IMG/VR virus record: IMGVR_UViG_3300028805_000048
Source of the DNA: a virus
Lineage: Duplodnaviria > Caudoviricetes
Strand: one strand, 5' to 3'
Length of the DNA: 64,000 bases
Shown here: in pieces, positions 21,844 through 32,300 of the stretch
Position numbering within the stretch: position 1 is the stretch's first letter
Layout: each line of letters begins with the position of its first letter
Position numbers and translations under genes: made by a program
Notes under the pieces: model-generated
What the model saw: only the letters and a program-made list of their open reading frames with translations
The model's database searches: none
What the model was told of the DNA's origin: nothing

Positions 21844-22467
21844 TTATTTTCCTTTCTTTTCGATCTTGCAAGATCCACAGCATTTATATTTCCAGAATCC
21901 TACTAATGCCCAGTTTAATAAAGCTGTAATGAGAAGCATAATACCAATTGCTATTTCCAATTCTTTATCTATTGGCTCTTTTGGATAATTTGTAACACCT
22001 GTAATAACTAATAATTTTTCATCATTTACTTTAAAATGTCTAAATTCCCAAATTATTTTATTACCGTTTTCTTTAGTTGCAAAAGATCCGCGTTTGTGTT
22101 TTGCGATAGTATTTCTTATTTCTTTTTCGTCATGTGGATGTTTCTTTAAAAGGAATGGGCAATTTGCTGAATGATATATTTCAGATTTTGTGTTTGGATT
22201 AAATGAATCTTCTGTTTCGTCACGCAACATATACGTGTATGTATTATCAAAAGTATCTAAAGTTAAAATTGAATTCTTTACATCTGTTATTGTAGAGAGA
22301 CTTTCTGTCAAAGTCATTAATTGATTCTTTTCACTTATTTGTCTATTTAAATCACGTGTATATAGTCTTTCAAATAGATTTATAAAATAAAATATACCGA
22401 TAGTAACAATGATTAAAGGAAAAAGCCATACAAACTTTTTCATAAAAGTTTTAAATTTAGATCTCAT
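21844..22467 (-). CDS. Two-TM membrane protein with periplasmic domain (possible lysis regulator)
   Basis: TM - ~140 aa soluble domain - TM - CCxxC tail; first gene after the GTTCTA motif at 22529-22534. Confidence 0.5.
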   Translation of the reverse strand: MRSKFKTFMKKFVWLFPLIIVTIGIFYFINLFERLYTRDLNRQISEKNQLMTLTESLSTITDVKNSILTLDTFDNTYTYMLRDETEDSFNPNTKSEIYHSANCPFLLKKHPHDEKEIRNTIAKHKRGSFATKENGNKIIWEFRHFKVNDEKLLVITGVTNYPKEPIDKELEIAIGIMLLITALLNWALVGFWKYKCCGSCKIEKKGK

Positions 22468-22568
22468 TTTTAATAATCCTAATAATTCCAATTAAATTTG
22501 TTTGCAAATTTTTATTTTTTATAATTATTAGAACTTTACTTATCAAATAGTTTTCGTAAAAAATAAAC

Positions 22569-23921
22569 TTACCATTTTCTTATTGTTACACTAGCACCAC
22601 CAGAACCACCTATCGATTTACCATTAACATGGGTCAATTTACCATTTGCATCTAACGTCATGAAAAATGATTGAGAAGTATCTATTGCGATAGCGGTTGC
22701 AGATTGAGCTACCCCAATATAATACCATGTATATCCAGCTGTCATTGATGTAGTCACATAATTATCAGATAAAATATTACTGCTTGAATCTATTGTACAT
22801 CTAAAATAACAAGGATTGCCTCTAACTAATGTTGCGTGTGGAATATTTGTTAAAGTTGTAATAGATAGTTTTTGTCTTATTTGGTCCCAACCAAGACCAT
22901 TACCAGAATTATAAGCAGAAGTAACCAACTGAATACCAAAACCAGGTTCAATAGCTTTAGTTTTATCACTGGCTGGATATATTTGATTACCGTTTTGATA
23001 TACAAAGGAGTTAGCGACTAAAGCGGCTCCGGCTGTATTAATCGTTGAATTAATAAATTTTGATAATCTATTATTAACTTGTGAAGCGTTATCAGATTGA
23101 AGAACAGTACCATACATATAGTTAAAATCATAACCATATCTTGTTTCAATATCAATTTGCCCTGAACTTTGATATGTAGAATTATATGTTGTAGCAGTTC
23201 CTTCTACCCATGTAAATTTGGAATTAGTTTTAAATACTTCAACTTTGTAATGACGTTCTGTAGTATTTCTATTATTAATTACTTCTAATGCCCATCCATG
23301 TCCATTATTTAACGCTTTAGGAAAAACATATCTTAAATATCTTGCTCCACCATATGTCGATGAAGTTGTTCCAGGAAACATATTAGCTATAACATATGGT
23401 TGGTTATTTTGTCTTCCTGGAAATATTACAGCAAAATTGCCAACCTGATGAATGCTTGTACCTGTGACAGTAATTCTAAAATATATTACATCATTTAAAT
23501 CTGCTTGGTCTGTTTCGGTATTAGTTCTTGTACAAATTTGATGATAAGCAGTATCAGTAGTATCAAATTCAATCGTTTGAATAGAAGTCATAGCATCAAA
23601 ATTAGGTAATAGATTTCCTTGATCTGCTTGTTTCAGATATGTTTCAGAAATTACATTACCATCAGCATCTTTTCCAGCTTGAATATTAGCAATAGATGTT
23701 TGTCCGGTACCACCATTAGCAACTCCTAAAGTACCTTGTATACCAGGAGTAATGTTGGCAGACCCATCAAAACCTACAGCAGTTGTTGACCCTAAATTTG
23801 TTCTTATTGTTCTTGCTGTTTCTAGTTTAGTTGCGGTATCAGCATTACCTTTTAAATTAGCATATAAATATCCTAATATTCTCGCTGAGCCATTTACAAT
23901 CAAATCTTTTAAATTTGCCAT
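22569..23921 (-). CDS. Tail fibre protein
   Basis: GNADTATKLETARTI...FDGSANIT...GTLGVANGGTG fibre repeats. Confidence 0.75.
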   Translation of the reverse strand: MANLKDLIVNGSARILGYLYANLKGNADTATKLETARTIRTNLGSTTAVGFDGSANITPGIQGTLGVANGGTGQTSIANIQAGKDADGNVISETYLKQADQGNLLPNFDAMTSIQTIEFDTTDTAYHQICTRTNTETDQADLNDVIYFRITVTGTSIHQVGNFAVIFPGRQNNQPYVIANMFPGTTSSTYGGARYLRYVFPKALNNGHGWALEVINNRNTTERHYKVEVFKTNSKFTWVEGTATTYNSTYQSSGQIDIETRYGYDFNYMYGTVLQSDNASQVNNRLSKFINSTINTAGAALVANSFVYQNGNQIYPASDKTKAIEPGFGIQLVTSAYNSGNGLGWDQIRQKLSITTLTNIPHATLVRGNPCYFRCTIDSSSNILSDNYVTTSMTAGYTWYYIGVAQSATAIAIDTSQSFFMTLDANGKLTHVNGKSIGGSGGASVTIRKW

Positions 23922-23935
23922 AGATATTTATCCTA

Positions 23936-24592
23936 TTAAATTTCATAAAAGTCATTTGCAACTATACAATTCTTAGTTATTTGGAACTTATTTTCTTCAG
24001 ATAAATTATCGATTCTTACCCATAATTGTACTTTGCCTGATATTACTCCAGTTGGTCCTGGCATACCATTTTGGTAATTGTTTCGTGGAGCAATTGCAAA
24101 AAACCAATTCGTATGTCCAACTGAACCACTTAAATAGCATGGATTTATTGGAGAAGCAGAAGTAAGAGAATTTTGTAGTGTTAATCCACCCCAATAATGT
24201 CCATTCCAATCAATGTGTATGGCTTCATATCCTTCTGCTGTTCCATCACCAGCAGATGTAGTAGGTACATACTCGTTACACGGATTATTGTTTTGAATCC
24301 ATCTATTATATTGATTAGGAACATTATCAGGATATTCTAAAAGAAATTCATATTTGTCATTAATATTTTTAAAATAATCTAGTAAATAAAGACGGCTATA
24401 TTTGTTTTCTACTTGAGTATTTAAAGCCTCATCAACTGAAGAAAATACAACAGTACCACTGTTACTATTATGCTCGAATATCTTAGCCCACTTAGCACCT
24501 TCAAAATACTTAGTCTCCATATCTTCAAGTATACCATTTGTAGAGAATCTATTAGATTTGACTACGGTATTCTTCTGTATTCCTGTTGTCAT
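23936..24592 (-). CDS. Fibrinogen-C-like domain virion / receptor-binding protein
   Basis: WAKIFEH...KYSRL...YEFLLEYP...NRWIQ...LWVR pattern. Confidence 0.55.
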   Translation of the reverse strand: MTTGIQKNTVVKSNRFSTNGILEDMETKYFEGAKWAKIFEHNSNSGTVVFSSVDEALNTQVENKYSRLYLLDYFKNINDKYEFLLEYPDNVPNQYNRWIQNNNPCNEYVPTTSAGDGTAEGYEAIHIDWNGHYWGGLTLQNSLTSASPINPCYLSGSVGHTNWFFAIAPRNNYQNGMPGPTGVISGKVQLWVRIDNLSEENKFQITKNCIVANDFYEI

Positions 24593-26379
24593 TCTTCAAC
24601 TAACTCCCCACAATATAATTTTCCCGTTTTATCAACTTGAGCACTGACTTTATATAATTCTGTAACCTCATCAGCTGTAAGTGTTTTAGCATATATTCTG
24701 AAATCTAAAAGTTTACCTACAAATTTTTCTTGATTATATGTAAAGTCACCTAAAGACCAACGACTGGTATCGTTGGCACATTTTATAGTGGTAGCAATAC
24801 TAGTTTTATCAATTGTTCCAACTAATTCACCGTTTAAATAACATTTAAATATTCCATTATCAAAAGTCATTACAATATTATACCATGTATTTAAAGCTAA
24901 TTCATTAGTTAAACTTATTCTTATATCTTGATAACCAGAATTCATATATACGATACTTTGTATTTGTGATGAAGTATTAGATCTTGTTCTCCAAAAACCA
25001 TTTTGATTGAGATTCCAAAGATTATTACTAGTCCCCAAATCAACCTTAAATTTAGCCCATATACTAAGGCTTAAATTGCTTACTTCATCGCCTTGATGAA
25101 ATATTCTATCTAATATTAAATCCTTATTAGCATCAAATTCTGTTGACATATAATATCTTGGAGAATCTGGTGTGAATGTTACTCCTTGTCTTGTTCCATT
25201 AAATCCATTGCCAGATAAATCATCTTCAATATCTGTATTTATTAGGCCATGTGGTATATATGGAGTAGCTTTAGAGCCTTTTTCTAATTTTGGACAACAA
25301 GCTTTTAATATAGCATGTTCTCCTTCTGTTTTACTTCCATTGTTGTCAATTCTTATATAACCAGTATAGTCATCTGTAGGAGTAGTAAATGTCCAAGTCA
25401 CATAATTCCATTGATTTACTATTAATCCAGAAACATTAGCTATTCTTGTAGCATTTACCCATCCTGTTCCAGTTTTTTGATTAGTTTCAATATCAGATAA
25501 CCAGAAAATATCAACACTTTTAACATTACTATCTAACCAAAGATAACAAGAAAATGTATATTGTGTAGATTGTTCAACTTGTCCAGTTCTACCCCATCCT
25601 AAATAAGATTCTGTTGTTGCCGTAGTATCTCTTATAAAAACAGTTTGACTTCTATATCCATTTTCTTCAATACTACTATGATATAATGAATTTAAAGGTA
25701 AAATATTTTCTCCAGCTCCATATCCTTTTAAGTCATAATGAAGAATAAGACCTTTTGATAATTCTTTTATTTCTTTTGTCGATAATGTATGATTATAAAT
25801 TCTAAAATCATGAAGTTCACCTAAAAGAATATTACCACTTCTATTATCACCACCAATATAAGTATTATTTGTAATACCTGAAAACGTGAGTTGCTTTGTA
25901 ACACTATCTACTAATTCTCCATTTTTATAGAATTTAACAGTTGTTCCATCATATGTAAAGCAAACGTGAGTCCATTTATTTGCGTCAACTATTAAATTTG
26001 ATTGATAATTATAATTAACACTTCCTGTGTACCAATATAATCTTAAACTATTATTTGTTACTCCTCCACTGGCATTTATTTCAAATGCTGCTACTTTTTC
26101 ACTTCCACCACTTTTATAATTTCCTAAAATGATTCCTCTTTTACCATCATTTTTAAAATTAATCCAAAATGATACCGACCAAGTAGTTTGTCCAAAAGCT
26201 TCTTCACCAGGAAAATTATCTAATAAAATTTTACTTCCAGAAACTCCATCAAAACTTGCACAAGTTCCAAATTGATTACTATTCACAAGAGTTACACCAG
26301 AATTAACTGTTTCAGTAATATCAGATAATCCTTTATTCTTAAAGTCTTTTGTAAATGGATACCAAACTATTAAACTCAT
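24589..26379 (-). CDS. Tandem LamG/concanavalin-like domain protein with central carbohydrate-binding-like domain
   Basis: WTHVCFTYDG...FYKNG, DFRIY twice, PKLEKGSKATPY. Confidence 0.8.
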   Translation of the reverse strand: MSLIVWYPFTKDFKNKGLSDITETVNSGVTLVNSNQFGTCASFDGVSGSKILLDNFPGEEAFGQTTWSVSFWINFKNDGKRGIILGNYKSGGSEKVAAFEINASGGVTNNSLRLYWYTGSVNYNYQSNLIVDANKWTHVCFTYDGTTVKFYKNGELVDSVTKQLTFSGITNNTYIGGDNRSGNILLGELHDFRIYNHTLSTKEIKELSKGLILHYDLKGYGAGENILPLNSLYHSSIEENGYRSQTVFIRDTTATTESYLGWGRTGQVEQSTQYTFSCYLWLDSNVKSVDIFWLSDIETNQKTGTGWVNATRIANVSGLIVNQWNYVTWTFTTPTDDYTGYIRIDNNGSKTEGEHAILKACCPKLEKGSKATPYIPHGLINTDIEDDLSGNGFNGTRQGVTFTPDSPRYYMSTEFDANKDLILDRIFHQGDEVSNLSLSIWAKFKVDLGTSNNLWNLNQNGFWRTRSNTSSQIQSIVYMNSGYQDIRISLTNELALNTWYNIVMTFDNGIFKCYLNGELVGTIDKTSIATTIKCANDTSRWSLGDFTYNQEKFVGKLLDFRIYAKTLTADEVTELYKVSAQVDKTGKLYCGELVEE

Positions 26380-26398
26380 ATGTCTTTATCCTTTCTTT

Positions 26399-29300
26399 TT
26401 ATATGAAGCTAAACTCTAAGGCTTCTGTTGTAGAATTATATGACATAACAGCATGCTGACCTACTGTCACTGATGTATTTGCATTAATGTTTGCTGTAAA
26501 TGTCTTAACATCGTTGATAGTTTCTGTACCAGATTTATGAACTACATTGGCATCGAGAGCATATGAAGCTAATTTAGTGTTACGTGCACCTACTGTATCA
26601 ATTTGAGTAGAAGTTGTATTATCTTCAGTCGGTGTCGGTACAGATGTATATACTGTTCCGTCCTTCTTTGCTGCCACTTTAATTCCAGCATCTACATTTG
26701 CTGTATCAGCCGTATTTCTTGCTCTTGCGTGTAGTTCATAAGAAGATTCACCGGATGTTTCGTATCTATATTGTAAATAAGCCATATGCTGATTATTTTT
26801 ATCTCTTACTGCAAAAGGACTTTCGGCTATATAATCAGATGGATTAACTTTATAATCAACATTAGTTAATCTTACTTCATATGGAGTTTGCCAATTAGCA
26901 GATGTTGTATAAACCGGTGAACTAGTAAATGTCTTAATTCCACCTATAGTTTCATTACCTGTTTTGTGAACTACGTTAGCATCTAAGGCATAAGAAGCTA
27001 ATTTAGTATTTCTAGCTCCAACCGTATCAATTTGAATCGATGATGTGGTATCTTCTGTTGGTGCAAACAATTCAGCTGCTTTTGAGCCATCCTCATTTTG
27101 TTTTAATCTTAAAATAGCACGACTGTTAGTTCCTAACCAAGAAGCAACCAATTCTGTTTTCGTTTGAGTAGCATTTACTAAATAGCTATTGACATAACCA
27201 GTTTCTTTATTATCACCAGTTAAAAAATGTAAATATCCTTGTCCATATTTTTCTTCACCATAATTTGCAGACGTTGTTTTTATCACAATATGAGCGTTAT
27301 TTTGTGTAAAGGTTTTAACACCACTAATACTTTCATCACCAGTTTTATGTACAACATTGTTATCTAAAGCATATGAAGCTAACTTGGTATTACGAGCACC
27401 GACAGTGTCAATTTGTTTAGAAGTTGTTGTATCTTCACTTGGTGCAGTGGTGTACATTCTACCATATTTTTGTTCTATTTGAGAATATCCATCAGGTAAT
27501 GATTCAACACCAGCAATATTGTCGTACCAAGTCCAACTATTCCTTCCGTACCCGTGATAATTCATCGGAACAATTTTACAACCATCCCAAGCATTTTTTA
27601 CATAAGACCATATTTCACAAGTAGCTTGATTACTTTCAGGTGTATTATTTTTATAAAGAACATAAAACTTTACATTTCCATTATTTATCCAATCAGGATA
27701 TTCACTTAAAACAACACCTGTAGTACTAGTTCCAATTACTCCAGCAGTGGCGTCAACTCTTAAACTAATTTTACCTTGATAACCAACTTCTGTTGTATTA
27801 ACAGCATCTTTATAATAGAAAAATGGAACAACAACAGATTGATATTGTCCTGTTAATATTATTTCACCAAGTTTTCTATAAAGATTTCCTGTTTCTCCGT
27901 TATGTGTTTGATATGCTACTAAACTTCCATCTAAAACAGGAGCAGTAAGCCTATTGGCAGAAACAGTTCCTGGAAATGAAGTATTACCACTACCATCTAA
28001 AAGGGTTGCTGTTCTTTTTAGTGTAGCAAAACCACCTTGATATTGTCTTACGTAGATAGGTTCATTATAATCATCTGCCGTAGCTAATTCTACATAACCA
28101 GCGTTTGAAGCACCACCAGTCATAAGTCTAAAATAATCATTATCTGCTATTTTAGCTCTCAACAATTCTTTTGTAGAACCAGCGGCAACAGTTGTATTTA
28201 TAGTTCCATCAATAGGACTTGAGAAAGTCTTAGTTCCAGCTATGGTTTCATTACCAGTTTTATGAACTACATCATTATCAGCAGCCTTAGCGTTTAACTG
28301 CGTTTGAATATTAGATGTTACACCATCTGTATAGTTAAGTTCAGCAGTTGTAGCTGTAATCCCATCAAGAACATTAACTTCAGTTGCGGTTGCAGTAACA
28401 TCTGTAATCTTGGATAATGATAAGTTTGGAATATCACTTGCATCTAAATTTGCTCCAGCCGTTACAAGTCCTTTACTATCATATGTAATTTTACATTTTG
28501 TCGCACCAGTAATCGCAGTATTTGAAGCAACTGCACCAACATCAGAAGCAGATAATGTAATATCAGCAGTTAATGCCTTATTATTAATTTTACGAGAAGT
28601 TGGAACAACACCAGACAAATCAATATTTTCACTTAATTTATCCCAAGCAGAACCATCCCAAGCATAGTTAGCACCTGTATCTGTAACATTCCACATATCA
28701 CCTTGAACATTACCAGTTGTAGGTAAGTTAGAAACGCTTGCTTTAGTTCCTTTAAAGTGCATAGCACCAGACAATTTACCATCAATTTCTGTCTTTGTAT
28801 AAGCATCTGTAATTCCATATCCACTTAAAGAAGTAGCTTTATCTGCTTTATTACTTATAGCAGAAGCAACGGCTTTACCAGACATACCATCTGATGAAGT
28901 AGCCGAATAGGTATCTGTAATTGTAGGAATTACCGTAGAACTTGGTAATGCACCAACATCAGAAGCAGATAATGTAATGTCAGCGGTTAATGCTTTATTG
29001 TTAATTTTACGAGAAGTTGGAACATAATTTTGAAGTTTAGTATTACGAGCGCCTACTGTATCAATCTGAGTAGAACTTGTTGTATCTTCTGTAGGAGTTG
29101 GTGTTAAAGCATATTGCGTATCAAACTTTGCATATCTATTTTCTGATTCATCAAGACCTATTTCTAAAGTTGGCCATATATTACCTGTATCAGCAGCATT
29201 TCTAAATCCAGCTCTATAAGCTACATATCTTTTATTATTTCCATTTGCATTATATTTTACAAATCTATTAATTGATGGGCCATCAACTTTACCATCAGTA

Positions 29301-32300
29301 TTTGTTGTAACTTGTAACAAAGGAATATCTGTATCTCTTGTAGTAGTTAAAGATGGTGTTATATTGTTTTTTAATCTAGCAGCGTCTTTAAAAATAACTT
29401 CGTTGTTAAATGTCTTTACACCAGCTACGGTTTGATTACCTGTTAATGCAACATATTTTCCGTCTGCTTCTGTTTTAGTATAAGCGTCAGTAATTCCATA
29501 TCCAGATATTGTTGTTGGTGTTCCAGTTATGTTATTCCAAGCTACAGAACTAGATGAAGTAATATATCCTTGACTTTTAACCCACGCTGTTGTAGCACCT
29601 TTTGTTGAATTATCTGATACTGCTGGTGTAGAATAACTAACAGTTGCAGGAAATATAACGTTCTTGTCTTTATCAAAAGAATAAATATATCCTGTTTTAG
29701 CAAAATCGTCTACTATCCAATTTGTAACACCTATCAAACGAATATCACTTATTCCGGCACAACAAGTATTACTCGTATTTACAAACGTAGACCATATTTC
29801 TATTCTTAAATCACCGTATTGATTGGTTTGATTATTATAACCGCCTAATTTTTCTACAAATGGGATAGAATTCCATCCAGACCAACCTGAAACATTATAT
29901 GTTCCTTTATCAACCCAAATATCATTTCCAGCAATATAATTAGCTATTGTTCTAACTGAAATATTTACTCTTGTTCCACCAGCACCGGCAGTTGACACAT
30001 TTAATAAAATCTTTTTTATTGCACTATAAAATCTTGATTCATTATTCGAGTCTTTTATATGAAGGGTTATTCTTGCTCTTACTTTATCAACATTTTCATT
30101 TGTAAGAGTACCACCATTTGCAGTTAATGTACCTTTACCAACAACTGCATTAAATCCAGTTCTTGTTACTAACTGCCATTTTTGAATATCAGTAGCTCCA
30201 TAATCTATCCAGGTAGTTCCATCAGTTGTATATTCAATATCAATAAGACCTCGCCAATATGAAGCCTTATTATGTCCGAAATCATCAATACAACCAGCAT
30301 CAGAAGGAGAAACGTTTTCAGTTAAGTTAGGTCCACCCCATTGAATATAATTATCACCGTTAAGATTACCTATAAATGAATTAGCAGTAATATCGTTTGT
30401 AAAAGTTTTATTTCCAGCTACGGTTTCATTACCAGTTTTGTGTACTACATCTGCATCTAAAGCGTAACCTTTATTATTTACCCAAGCCGTAGTAGCAAGA
30501 CTTTCATCATTTGTAGATGTTGTTAATTCAGCAATTTTAGCAATTAACGTGTTTGTTCCAGCCTGTGATTTGTAAAAATTCCATAAACCACCATATTCCC
30601 AGAAATTCATATAATCTTTACCACTATGACCTAATTCCATTGCGTGGTTAGTATAACTTATGGCTTGGCCTTTTAATATACCAGTAAAAGTTTTATTGCC
30701 ATCTATTGTTTCATCAGCAGTTCTATGAACAACGTTTGTTGATAGTGTTGGATTATTTACCCAACCAGTTGTTGCAATATTAGTAGTATTTGTAGCGTTG
30801 CTTGCAGAAGGAGAAGGAGCTGTTGCATATGCACCACTTGTTAAATTATATCCTATTACTATAGCGCTTCTGTTTGTCGATGCCGCTTCATTTTTATATA
30901 CACCGAGAGCAAGAGTTGTTTGTCCTGTAGTATCTAAAGCTGCTTCTGCAATACCTAATCTCGTATTTGCCCAAGTATTACTATTTGTTTTATCATTGAT
31001 CCTAAATAATCCCCAATATTGAGTAGATTCAGGATTAGTTCCTTTAGTTACACCACCGTTAACTAAATCTATTCCTTGATATAATATTTCTTTCTTTTGA
31101 AATGTTTTAATTCCATCGATAGTTTCATCACCAGTTTTATGTACTACGTTGTTATCAACAGCTTTTGTATCTAACTGATCTTGAATATTACTTGTTACAC
31201 CGTCAACGTAATTTAACTCCGTTGTAGAAGCTGTTATACCATCTAAAACATTAACTTCAGAAGCACTAGCAGTAACATCTGTAATTTTCGATAAACTCAA
31301 TGATGGAATATCTGAAGCTGTAAGATCTGCACCTTCTGTAACAAGACCTTTGGAATCATAAGTAATCTTACATTTCGTTGCGCCAGTGATTGAAGAATTT
31401 TTTTCTACTTTATTATTTAATTGAGTTTGAATTGCTGACGTAACACCATCTAAATATCCTAACTCTGTGCTTGTAACATCACTTACTACAACCTTACCTG
31501 AAGAATTAGAGATAAGAGCTCTTGAAGCTGTTAAGTTAGATGATACAATTGTTGTAGCTGCACCAGTTATTGTATCTTGTTTTGCATTCAATTGATTTTG
31601 GATATTGCTTGTAACACCGTCTGTATAATTTAATTCTGTCGTACTTGCTGTAATACCATCTAAAACGTTTAGTTCAGCAGCACTTGCTGTTATGTCAGAA
31701 ATTTTCGATAATGTCAAAGAAGGTATATCAGAAGCAGATAAATCAGTACCTGCAGTAACAAGCCCTTTAGAATCATAAGTGATTTTTGTATGTGTAGCAC
31801 CTGTTATTGAAGAATTAGCTACAACGGCATTATCGGCTTTATATTCTAGTTTACCTATGGCTGTATTTAAAGAATCACTTGTTTCTATAGCGTTCGAACC
31901 TGTAGCTTTAGAATATCCAGTCATAGCTGTTATTTTATTCGATGCTAAATTAGGAATATCTGAAGCAGCTAAATTAGCTCCAGCTGTAACAAGTCCTTTG
32001 CTATCATAAGTAATTTTACATTTTGTAGCACCTGTAATAGCTGTATTAGCATCTACTTTATCAGAATCTAATTCGTTTATTGCATCAACTAGATTGCTTT
32101 TTTCTGTCGTAGATAAACTTGATAATGTTCCAATAGCATTTTTATTGGTTGTAATTTGAGCAACACTAGACGATGTAATTCCTGAATTTAAAGCAGCTAA
32201 TTGTTCAGCTGTCATTGGTGTTTCATTTACTTCATATTCAACTTTCCAATTAGCTTTATCGTATGTTGTTGAAGATGAAGCATATTTATATCTCCAAGTT

